From NCBI GenBank assembly GCA_964647565.1, contig CAZYIM010000038.1:1-24056 (forward strand): a DNA stretch of 24,056 nucleotides, in the 5' to 3' direction. The translations under genes were made by a program, and so were the position numbers. This DNA comes from an uncultured Methanosarcinales archaeon (GTDB lineage: Archaea > Nanobdellota > Nanobdellia > Woesearchaeales > CAZYIM01). Of the stretch, positions 1 through 7,758 are shown one piece after another. The notes below the pieces were generated by a model. The model was not told the DNA's origin. It saw only the letters and a list, made by a program, of their open reading frames with translations, and ran no database searches. Position 1 is the stretch's first letter, and each line of letters begins with the position of its first letter.

Positions 1-493
1 GGGGTCCGCCACTAATATGTTTTTCCAAATACCAAGAAGAAGGTTTACTAAGCCGTCTCAAACTATATACTCCCACTGAATTCGGTTTAATCTTAGATTT
101 CAGACCTGTCAACACAGGGTTAAACCTTTCTACAAATGCACATCCAATATTCAACTTCGACTTACAAGCATGATTCTCCATACGATATGCGTCATCAAGT
201 GAACGGGTCAAAGGCTTTTCAATCAAAAAATTTTTTGTCTGGTCCTTGTATTGTAAGAACATAGAATAATGCGCTGATGTAGGGACACAAATACTGATAA
301 CATCATAATTCCTATTATTATCGTCCCACTTGAAGAATTCCATCTTTGACAATGCTGACTCTTCAGATTTACCCTCTTGCTTAATCACAGGATCAATAAC
401 ATCAATCTTTGAGACCCTGTCATCAAGTGCATACATCTCAGCATGGGTTTTACCCATCAATCCGTATCCAACCACACATACTTTCAGATTCAT
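1..493 (-). CDS. Gfo/Idh/MocA family NAD(P)-dependent oxidoreductase, truncated by the window edge (not in ORF track)
   Basis: Manual translation from ATG at 493: MNLKVCVVGYGLMGKTHA...YDVISICVPTSAH...LIEKPL...CAFVERFNP...WYLEKHISGGP. It has the Rossmann GxGxxG, EKP, ERFNP and W..SGG motifs, an upstream AGGTGA SD and no stop before base 1. Confidence 0.92.
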   Translation of the reverse strand, partial: MNLKVCVVGYGLMGKTHAEMYALDDRVSKIDVIDPVIKQEGKSEESALSKMEFFKWDDNNRNYDVISICVPTSAHYSMFLQYKDQTKNFLIEKPLTRSLDDAYRMENHACKSKLNIGCAFVERFNPVLTGLKSKIKPNSVGVYSLRRLSKPSSWYLEKHISGGP

Positions 494-539
494 TTTTTTC
501 ACCTTTGAGCATACGAAAAGGTGCCAACAACCTTGTTGC

Positions 540-1424
540 TCAGCACCTGCATAAGTGGACTTTGTCGCCTTCCTTCAAAACATGCTGCATATCCACTTTC
601 TGACCTGCATGTTTCACACTTTCTCCCCACACCTTAGCATATTTGTATCCTGAGGATATCTGCTTGGCCATATCACAGACTCTAGATTTATTCTTTTCAA
701 GTATAAAAGGTTCAGAATTTTTATCTTCCTGAGAATATACTCTGATGATACCCAGACTATTATAGAACGCATCTTTTACATCTTGAATCTCATCTGCATG
801 TACAAAAGGTATGCCTATGTCAAACAGCTCCATATCTCTGTATATTACAAAAGAAGGCAATCCCTCAACGTTCTTATCCTGATAAGAAGCAATAGGAATA
901 TTAGCATTTGTCAATTCATCCAGGACAACCTCAAGATCTTCTTCACTTCGAATCATAATGCTTGCGCTTCTAGATCTCTTGATCAGCTCATATTTCTGAC
1001 CGTTGGTTTGATAGTCACCAGAAAAAATAGGAGGCAGCTCAACCAACTGGATTGAGACATCCTGGTATTGCATCATGCCCAACTCCGGCTTGAATGTACT
1101 ATAGGGATAATCCTCAACAACTGCTTCGGCATCAGAAAACTTGTTCAACAAGGTACTCTTACCAGTGTTAGGTGTTCCAATAATCATACTGCGTAGTTTA
1201 TAGCTGGGAAACTCATAGAGGCTTTTAGAAGAAATCCTTTTGCTCGAATTTTTCTTTTTTTGCAGAGTTTCTAACATGTTACGAAATTTCTTCTTCTGAC
1301 TAGACAAGCCCGGAAATTTAGGATTTAGCAATAGCAGTTCCTGTATTATCCTTTCTTTCTCACTCTCACTAGACGTAGGATCCAGTTTCTTCAGCAGGTT
1401 CCTAAATTCAACATTATCTGTCAT
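540..1424 (-). CDS. DRG/Obg-family GTPase-like protein with C-terminal TGS domain; G3/G4 degenerate
   Basis: G1 GTPNTGKS, G2 YPYST, G3 position ELPP, and TGS-type YAKVWGESVKHAGQKVDMQHVLKEGDKV. Start moved to ATG 1424 because AGGTGA lies 5 nt upstream. Confidence 0.88.
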   Translation of the reverse strand: MTDNVEFRNLLKKLDPTSSESEKERIIQELLLLNPKFPGLSSQKKKFRNMLETLQKKKNSSKRISSKSLYEFPSYKLRSMIIGTPNTGKSTLLNKFSDAEAVVEDYPYSTFKPELGMMQYQDVSIQLVELPPIFSGDYQTNGQKYELIKRSRSASIMIRSEEDLEVVLDELTNANIPIASYQDKNVEGLPSFVIYRDMELFDIGIPFVHADEIQDVKDAFYNSLGIIRVYSQEDKNSEPFILEKNKSRVCDMAKQISSGYKYAKVWGESVKHAGQKVDMQHVLKEGDKVHLCRC

Positions 1425-1429
1425 TATTA

Positions 1430-2602
1430 TCACCTAAGATATTGTTTTTCAACTTTTAATACTGCTTCGCATATCTGATCAAGATCCTGTCTTTCCAACA
1501 CAGGATCAGTGAACAACGTCATTATCCTCTGAGTTACAGACTCAGTTATAGGACAACGAACATCTTTATTGAAGCCATTAAACACTTTAGCCTTATACAA
1601 GGGAGATGGATAACAGATGTCCATGGGCACATTCTCAGCCTGAACAGCTTTGACAAATTTGTCTCTAATATTCTCAGAACCCTTTGGTAAAAGAACAGGA
1701 TAGTTGTGAAAGACATGATCAACTCCAAAGCTAGTTTCTGGCAGCACGAGTTTTGAATGTTTAAGCATAGCTGTATAATAAGCTGCATTCTCCTTTCGCG
1801 CAGTATTAAAGCCTTCTAGTTTTGAAAATTGTCCCAGGCCAACTGCTGCCTGCATCTCAGTCATTGCATAGTTGAATCCTAACTCATCATAGATATACCA
1901 AGTATCAGGATTCTTTGGGCTACCATGTTCTCGTTTTAATCTTGCTTTATGATCCAACCAATCATGATTGGTAACAACCATACCCCCTTCACCACAGGTC
2001 ATGTTCTTGGTCTGGAAAAAGCTGAAGCATCCACAATCACCTAGGCTGCCAGCAGGTTGATCTTTATACATAGCTCCCTGAGCTTGTGCAGCGTCCTCAA
2101 TAACAAAAATACTGTAAGCATTTTTTGAAATATCATTGATATAATCCATATCTGCAACATGACCAAAGATATGGACTGGAATAACTGCTCTAGAATTTTT
2201 AGTAATTTTACTGAACAAGTCTTCAGGGGACATACAATATGTGTCAGGATCAATATCAACGAAAACAGGTTTGGCACCCTGTTGAAGCACTACTGAAGCA
2301 GTTGACACAAAAGTTAATGCAGGAACAAGTACCTCATCACCAGGACCTATGCCAAGAGCTGAGACAGCTGTATGCAAGGCAGTTGTGCCAGAGGTTGTTG
2401 CAATGCCATATTGAACTCCGCAGTTCGCTGCAAAGGTTTTTTCAAATTCAGTCACTTTTGGCCCGCCTCTAAAGACGGAAAGTCTGCCAGAATCAAGCAC
2501 TTCGAGCACTTGCTTTCTCTCCTCATATCCAATCGTGTTTTTCCACTCAAAGGATTTGTCCCTAACAGGAGTCCCTCCATCTATTGCTAGTTTATAATTC
2601 AT
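1430..2602 (-). CDS. DegT/DnrJ/EryC1/StrS PLP-dependent sugar/cyclitol aminotransferase
   Basis: LAIDGGTPVR N-terminus, TSGTTALH, EDAAQA, and SFFQTKNMTCGEGG with the catalytic Lys. GGAGG SD; ATGA overlap with the upstream gene. Confidence 0.96.
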   Translation of the reverse strand: MNYKLAIDGGTPVRDKSFEWKNTIGYEERKQVLEVLDSGRLSVFRGGPKVTEFEKTFAANCGVQYGIATTSGTTALHTAVSALGIGPGDEVLVPALTFVSTASVVLQQGAKPVFVDIDPDTYCMSPEDLFSKITKNSRAVIPVHIFGHVADMDYINDISKNAYSIFVIEDAAQAQGAMYKDQPAGSLGDCGCFSFFQTKNMTCGEGGMVVTNHDWLDHKARLKREHGSPKNPDTWYIYDELGFNYAMTEMQAAVGLGQFSKLEGFNTARKENAAYYTAMLKHSKLVLPETSFGVDHVFHNYPVLLPKGSENIRDKFVKAVQAENVPMDICYPSPLYKAKVFNGFNKDVRCPITESVTQRIMTLFTDPVLERQDLDQICEAVLKVEKQYLR

Positions 2603-3498
2603 TTTTCAAACCTCCATATACGCTCTACTGGTCGATTATTACCAATCTCCCAAGCATAATCAGACAGTCTCTGCAAATATCTTTGATCGTATTGTGTCTT
2701 GTAGATAGCTGCTAAAGACACTTTGCGATCAATAAAACCGGAGATATCTATTAACTCAGAACTCATACCTTTTGTTTTATTGTTTAGCTGTAACTCCAGT
2801 TCTTTTTCTGAGAGCTCCTTGGTATAGGGCAAATCTTCGTAGAAATCAATGTCCCATCCCGTCTCAACCAGCTTCTTACCTATGTTATAGAGCATTACAT
2901 GATCAATTTGATTGCCAATAGATACTGGAAAGAAAATTTTGTCAGAATCTAATAAGGAAAAACAATTTAAAAGAGAGTTTTCAACATCTGTAAACGCAGG
3001 ATCTTCAGAAACATCTCTCACCTCAAAAGCATTTTCATATCCTCGTTCCAAAGCCTCAGGAAATCCCAGGAATTTAAGTTCTGCATCGACCAGTTTTGCA
3101 TAGAATTCCTCTTCAAGATTATTATAGAATGTGACCTCCCCAGCAGTATTGAGTAGTCCGTTAAGCATTACACTAGTAGGACAAGAACTAAACACATTGA
3201 GAATGGAAAACTGCTGATCGGACGATAATATGTAACCGCCTAAAGATAAGGCAGCATCATCTGAATGTGCAGCAACAATCACATTTCGTTTCTTAGATCT
3301 GATCTTTCTTGGAATGTCCTCTACAATAACAGAGTCATTCAGCAGCTTTGATAGAGAAACATCCTCATTTGGCTCTTTTTGCTGACATATGGCTTGTACA
3401 GCCTCAAGGCACTCTGACTCTAACTCAAGGTTCTGTCTATATAAAAAAGTCAGCCCTGCATCATTCAATTTATAGTGTGGTAATAGTTTGTATTTCAT
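2599..3498 (-). CDS. PIG-L/LmbE family N-deacetylase with an N-terminal extension of about 70 aa
   Basis: AHSDD metal motif, LGFPEALER, QIDH (HxDH variant), FYEDLPY, YKTQ, ERIW. Confidence 0.9.
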   Translation of the reverse strand: MKYKLLPHYKLNDAGLTFLYRQNLELESECLEAVQAICQQKEPNEDVSLSKLLNDSVIVEDIPRKIRSKKRNVIVAAHSDDAALSLGGYILSSDQQFSILNVFSSCPTSVMLNGLLNTAGEVTFYNNLEEEFYAKLVDAELKFLGFPEALERGYENAFEVRDVSEDPAFTDVENSLLNCFSLLDSDKIFFPVSIGNQIDHVMLYNIGKKLVETGWDIDFYEDLPYTKELSEKELELQLNNKTKGMSSELIDISGFIDRKVSLAAIYKTQYDQRYLQRLSDYAWEIGNNRPVERIWRFEK

Positions 3499-4217
3499 TT
3501 TGCAGCCCCTACAATTATATCAATGGCAACATCCATTGCTTTTTTTTGTGTTTTTCTTGATAATTTTTTACGCTCATCAATGATAGCAAGCACAGCCGCA
3601 GCCTTATAGCCTCTTGCCTGTGCATATGCAAACGTAGCAGCACATTCCATCTCTGTGACAACTGCGCCCTGTTTTACAGCTTCCTGCATCTTCTTTTCAA
3701 GGCGTTCATGTCCAGGAAATATATCCTTATGCTCCATATATAGCAGGTCTTTAGAATGCACTGTTCCTTGGACACAAGCGTAATTTCTTGTCTTTGAAGC
3801 TTCAAAAAGCTTACAGACCATTTCAGTATCAGGTTCTGGTTTTACACCTTCAGGAAGCATGTAACTAGATAGGATCTCATCTGAAACCACCTTGTTCGGA
3901 ATAAATAAATCGCCTGCTTGCACAATAGGATACATTATACCTGACGTGCCAACCCTAATAAAACTTCTCGAACCACTCTCTGCCATCTCATGCAAACCAA
4001 TAACCCAGGAAGGCCCTCCCATGCCAAGACCTGCAAAAGAAAAATCAACATTATCCTTTGAAGCATTTCCAACTATTAATCCTCTTTTATTCGCTAAGAC
4101 TGTATAATCATCCACAAGTTCAAATACCAATTTACATCTATCAGGATCACCAAATACAATTGCATCCTTATGCAAACTTCCTCGCCTGCATCCTAAGTGA
4201 TACATTACTTCATCCAT
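3495..4217 (-). CDS. Nucleoside phosphorylase (PNP/UDP family 1, uridine phosphorylase-like)
   Basis: YHL, GDPDR, GMGGPS, IRVGTSG, EMECAA. Start moved to ATG 4217 (AGGTGG SD upstream, 8-nt overlap with the GT4 stop). Confidence 0.92.
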   Translation of the reverse strand: MDEVMYHLGCRRGSLHKDAIVFGDPDRCKLVFELVDDYTVLANKRGLIVGNASKDNVDFSFAGLGMGGPSWVIGLHEMAESGSRSFIRVGTSGIMYPIVQAGDLFIPNKVVSDEILSSYMLPEGVKPEPDTEMVCKLFEASKTRNYACVQGTVHSKDLLYMEHKDIFPGHERLEKKMQEAVKQGAVVTEMECAATFAYAQARGYKAAAVLAIIDERKKLSRKTQKKAMDVAIDIIVGAAK

Positions 4218-5334
4218 TATCAACCACCTTCTGATAATAAGCATCATGCTCTTTGATTACCTTGTCAACTCTAAAATCCTGCACAAAATCAAGAGCATTC
4301 TTAATAACTTGTTTTTTCAAAATAGAGTTCTCTTTTATCTCTGAAATAGCATGTTCTAGAGCAGAAGAATCTCCAACTTCGAACAGTAATCCTGTCTGCC
4401 TATCGTTAATCACATCTGGCAATCCAGCTACATCTGAAGCAATAACAGGAACACCTGATGCCATAGCTTCAAGATTGACATATCCAACCGCTTCATATAA
4501 TGAAGGGCAAACTAGAACATCAGCAGCCTTATAGTACAAAGGAAGTTGAGTGGGTACTACTGGATCAAATGCAAATACATTACCCCCTAATTCAACTTCA
4601 GTCGTGTCTTGTCCTGAATTTGCTCTGACAGCAGGTACATAAGAAATCCCCTGTCCTTGTTTTTTGAAGTCTCCCATGACCATTAATTGCATAGCTTTCT
4701 TTTTTGAGAGATTATTATAAGCTTCTGCAAGAACTGAAAAACCCTTCAACACAGTGGGTCTTCCAAGAAAAAAGATAGTAAAACTGTCAGGAAGACCAAG
4801 CCTCTGTCTTGCTTCTTGCGGGGAAATATCAATATTAAAATGATCAACATCCACTGGCAGTTTAAGAAGTTCGGGCTTAGCGCCAAGATCCTCTAACTCT
4901 TTCTTATGGAATTTGCTGTACACCACCAGATTCTCTATTTTAGGATAATGTTTGGATTCAAAATAAGAGAAGAATGATTGAGCTTGATGTAATTCTTTAA
5001 TTTCAGCATCATCTTGAGTGTCATTAGCAGCAATCTCAAACTCTTTTGAGAACATGCAATGTGAAGAGCAGACAGTATGACCTCCCTGCTGCTGTGCAAA
5101 GTACCCGGGCAATAAGAAATGGCTGTGCACAAGATCCAATCCATGTATTTTCTTGGAGCTAAACTTGAAATCATAATAAGTCTTCAGGAAGACAGGATCA
5201 TCATTAGGAAAAAGAACAGAGTCCTTTGCATAAGTCACGTAATGCTTATGTTCAGAATTTTTCTGAAGTAGATCAACATATGTTTCAGAGCCGCCATATT
5301 TCTTCTGCATGTACTGTATGTGTCTTATTTTCAT
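4210..5334 (-). CDS. GT4-family (GT-B) retaining glycosyltransferase
   Basis: YGGSE, VHSH, FLGRPTVLKG, ADVLVCPSLYEAVGYVNLEAMASGVPVI (EX7E), TGLLF. Confidence 0.95.
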   Translation of the reverse strand: MKIRHIQYMQKKYGGSETYVDLLQKNSEHKHYVTYAKDSVLFPNDDPVFLKTYYDFKFSSKKIHGLDLVHSHFLLPGYFAQQQGGHTVCSSHCMFSKEFEIAANDTQDDAEIKELHQAQSFFSYFESKHYPKIENLVVYSKFHKKELEDLGAKPELLKLPVDVDHFNIDISPQEARQRLGLPDSFTIFFLGRPTVLKGFSVLAEAYNNLSKKKAMQLMVMGDFKKQGQGISYVPAVRANSGQDTTEVELGGNVFAFDPVVPTQLPLYYKAADVLVCPSLYEAVGYVNLEAMASGVPVIASDVAGLPDVINDRQTGLLFEVGDSSALEHAISEIKENSILKKQVIKNALDFVQDFRVDKVIKEHDAYYQKVVDNG

Positions 5335-6347
5335 TTTTTGAACCTACTCAAGAATTTTTTTGCTTTTTGGTTGTTAAGAGACGGAACTTTAGTTATCTCA
5401 TCCAAAGATATCCAGCCATTAAGATACTGACTGATCACCTCGTAATGGTTGAAACAATCAATACATTCTTTCCAGACGCCTTTTTTTCTAAATGGAAACT
5501 CTCTTAGCTTGGATACTGAATCTTTGTATATGTTGCCAAGATTTTCATCAGGACCACAGGGGCACAATTTTATATCTCCCTCAGGGTCCACTCCTACATT
5601 GACAAGCGGCACATTACAAGCAGTTCTTCTTTGTCCAGTCTGGAGAAAAGTTACTAGCTCCTCAAGATATGCTTTTGGGGGAAGATGGTTGGCAAATCTT
5701 TTGATGTTTTCATTCATTGAGTTTCCAAATTCCTCGATTTGTTCATCAGTTGGGGATAAATCCTGGTTATCCTTACCAGGAAAAGGTCTGACCGCAAAAG
5801 GAAAAATCATGACATTACCATAATGATACTGGCTCATATACTCCAAGAAGTCAGGAAATCCTTCAATATTATGTTTGGTCAATACAGAGTTTATCTCAAC
5901 AGGCATATCAAATTTAATTGAATAATCTATGTTAGTCAGTACTTTATCTAGTAATTTTTCAGAGTAGCCTCTTGCACCATTGAGAGCAAGCGTATGACCA
6001 TCTAAAGAGTAACAAATACTAAGCCCATCATATTCAGCCAACCCAGATAATGTAGGTCCATTAAGCAGAGTACCATTGGTTATGATCTGCCAATTAGTAT
6101 TCGCAGCCAGGTTAAAAAGTTCTGGAAAACGATCATAAAGGGTGATCTCCCCGTATCCAGATATCTTGATTACGGCAGGATTAAGATGCTCCAGAGTTCT
6201 CTTTAGACCTGTATTAATTAAGATAAAATGTTCATTAAGGGAAGTTTTGTCAGCTATAATAGGTTTATCACGACAATATCCACAAGCTAGGTTGCAGTAC
6301 TCTGTGATACTATAATCCAAGATAAGAGCTTCACCTTTCTTAGGCAT
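5331..6347 (-). CDS. Radical SAM enzyme with SPASM/Twitch auxiliary-cluster domain
   Basis: ITEYCNLACGYC (CxxxCxxC), SGYGE, ITNG, SLDG, and C-terminal C..VDPEGDIKLCPC..LGNI..CIDC. Confidence 0.94.
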   Translation of the reverse strand: MPKKGEALILDYSITEYCNLACGYCRDKPIIADKTSLNEHFILINTGLKRTLEHLNPAVIKISGYGEITLYDRFPELFNLAANTNWQIITNGTLLNGPTLSGLAEYDGLSICYSLDGHTLALNGARGYSEKLLDKVLTNIDYSIKFDMPVEINSVLTKHNIEGFPDFLEYMSQYHYGNVMIFPFAVRPFPGKDNQDLSPTDEQIEEFGNSMNENIKRFANHLPPKAYLEELVTFLQTGQRRTACNVPLVNVGVDPEGDIKLCPCGPDENLGNIYKDSVSKLREFPFRKKGVWKECIDCFNHYEVISQYLNGWISLDEITKVPSLNNQKAKKFLSRFKK

Positions 6348-6352
6348 ATTGT

Positions 6353-7633
6353 TTACCTCGTCCCCACTACCTTTTCAAAAATATTGATGAACTTTTGTGC
6401 AGCGTATGTAACATCATAACGCTCAGCCCTTTGCCGAACATATTTAGATTTTTCTTCATAGAAAGGTCTATCATCAAATAAACGTTGAATTTTCTGAACC
6501 AATTCTTCATTGCTACCAAATAAAAGACCACTCTCAGCACCCATTAGTTCAGGAAAACATGCGTAATTTGGGCAAAGGGTAGGTACATAACAGGCCATAG
6601 AATCCACTACACTCATGCTCCACAACGCAGAAGGTTTCATAGGTCCTATTGACAAATATGCATCTGCCACAGTCTTATAGTAATTATCCCGTTCTATTGA
6701 GTGTTGAACCTTGACAAAAGGAAGTTCAAGTATTTTCTTCTTGTTATTATCAACAGTTGGATCAAGTGCATCTCTTTCTTTTGACCTATTGGCGGTGGGA
6801 TTTGTCACAATTATCTCAAAGTCCTGCCTCACCCCATTATAGAAATCAGTCATAGCCTTAAAGAATTCATTAGGGCCATAATGGTTGTATAACCTATGGT
6901 TGAATAAAATGCGTTTTTTACCCCCCTGCTTAGAACCATGATCTTTTAAAGAGGAATCGACTTCATTTAACGATACAGGGGGAGGTATGGCTTTGAAATC
7001 TCCAGTTGTAGATGAAATCAATTTTTGAGCATTTCCAAGCAAGAGGTCTATACCGAAATTGCTACATATTATATTATAATCACTAACATAAATAGCTTCT
7101 ATCTGACGCATGAAAATTGGCAACCCAAGTCCCTTATTATCTAAGGTGTTGTCAAACCTTAAGCTGGATGGATATCGGGTCTCTTCAAGATTCACAAGCA
7201 TGTCATAGTCCAGTCCAATTCCATTCACACTAAAATGAAAGTGAGAAGGTTCAACAGGAAGATAATGAAAGTATGAGACTATTGGAATCGTTTTTTCTGG
7301 TAATAAGGTAGCTTCAAGCGCCCTGAAGTTTGATGCCTGCTCTGACTGGTTGACATAGATCATGTCAATGTCAGCTATTATCGGTTTAATCTTTGATTCT
7401 AGCTCCTTCCAGGGAAAATTAAACCTAGCTTCAAACTTGTTATGGCCGTAGTCTAACTCAAGGTTATGTATTCGATCATCTATTTTAGGCGTACCTGGGG
7501 GTGATATATAATAAAAATTCCAATCAGGCCTCTGTTTAAGTATTTCCCCCATCAGCAACTTCTGGAACACATAGCCACTGTCAGATTCCAGGTTGCTGAG
7601 ATTACTGACATTCAGCAGGCTCAATATGTTCAT
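6353..7633 (-). CDS. Atypical GT-B glycosyltransferase, first gene of the operon
   Basis: YFHY, ILFNHR, RQDF, and WSMSVVDSMACYVPTLCPNYACFPEL (S/D variant of the EX7E region). Start moved to ATG 7633 because the TATA box lies inside the track's longer GTG-start ORF. Confidence 0.85.
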   Translation of the reverse strand: MNILSLLNVSNLSNLESDSGYVFQKLLMGEILKQRPDWNFYYISPPGTPKIDDRIHNLELDYGHNKFEARFNFPWKELESKIKPIIADIDMIYVNQSEQASNFRALEATLLPEKTIPIVSYFHYLPVEPSHFHFSVNGIGLDYDMLVNLEETRYPSSLRFDNTLDNKGLGLPIFMRQIEAIYVSDYNIICSNFGIDLLLGNAQKLISSTTGDFKAIPPPVSLNEVDSSLKDHGSKQGGKKRILFNHRLYNHYGPNEFFKAMTDFYNGVRQDFEIIVTNPTANRSKERDALDPTVDNNKKKILELPFVKVQHSIERDNYYKTVADAYLSIGPMKPSALWSMSVVDSMACYVPTLCPNYACFPELMGAESGLLFGSNEELVQKIQRLFDDRPFYEEKSKYVRQRAERYDVTYAAQKFINIFEKVVGTR

Positions 7634-7655
7634 ATCGACGAAGAATACTATTAAA

Positions 7656-7663
7656 TTTATAAA
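7656..7663 (-). promoter_or_regulatory. Archaeal TATA box for the minus-strand operon
   Basis: TTTATAAA ending 23 nt before ATG 7633, with a purine-rich BRE-like sequence upstream; the same spacing recurs at other genes. Confidence 0.7.
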
Positions 7664-7722
7664 GATTGCCTTTTTAATCACTGAAAAGTCCTAACAAATT
7701 GGTGATTTCCTCGCCTGGCAAA

Positions 7723-7737
7723 GAAAAGCTTATATAA
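7723..7737 (+). promoter_or_regulatory. BRE/TATA for the divergent gene at 7759
   Basis: GAAAAGC-TTATATAA ending about 22 nt before the ATG. Confidence 0.65.
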
Positions 7738-7758
7738 TTCTTCATATTTCTATTTGTC

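Noticed and set aside
540..548. UGA recoding (Sec) after CRC, given the adjacent hairpin
   Set aside because: The TGS domain is already complete, and readthrough would run out of frame into the next gene. TGA is used as a normal stop throughout the operon.
2599..5334. Bacillithiol/mycothiol pathway
   Set aside because: No BshC/MshC cysteine ligase in view, and the other operon genes do not fit.
1..7633. Calling the operon a bona fide 2-deoxystreptamine aminoglycoside cluster
   Set aside because: No 2-deoxy-scyllo-inosose synthase (BtrC-like) gene, exporter or classic resistance gene is visible; the resemblance is at family level only.
7634..7681. Hydrophobic N-terminal extension (apparent signal peptide) of the GT from GTG 7681
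   Set aside because: It is the translated AT-rich promoter; the TATA box lies within it.
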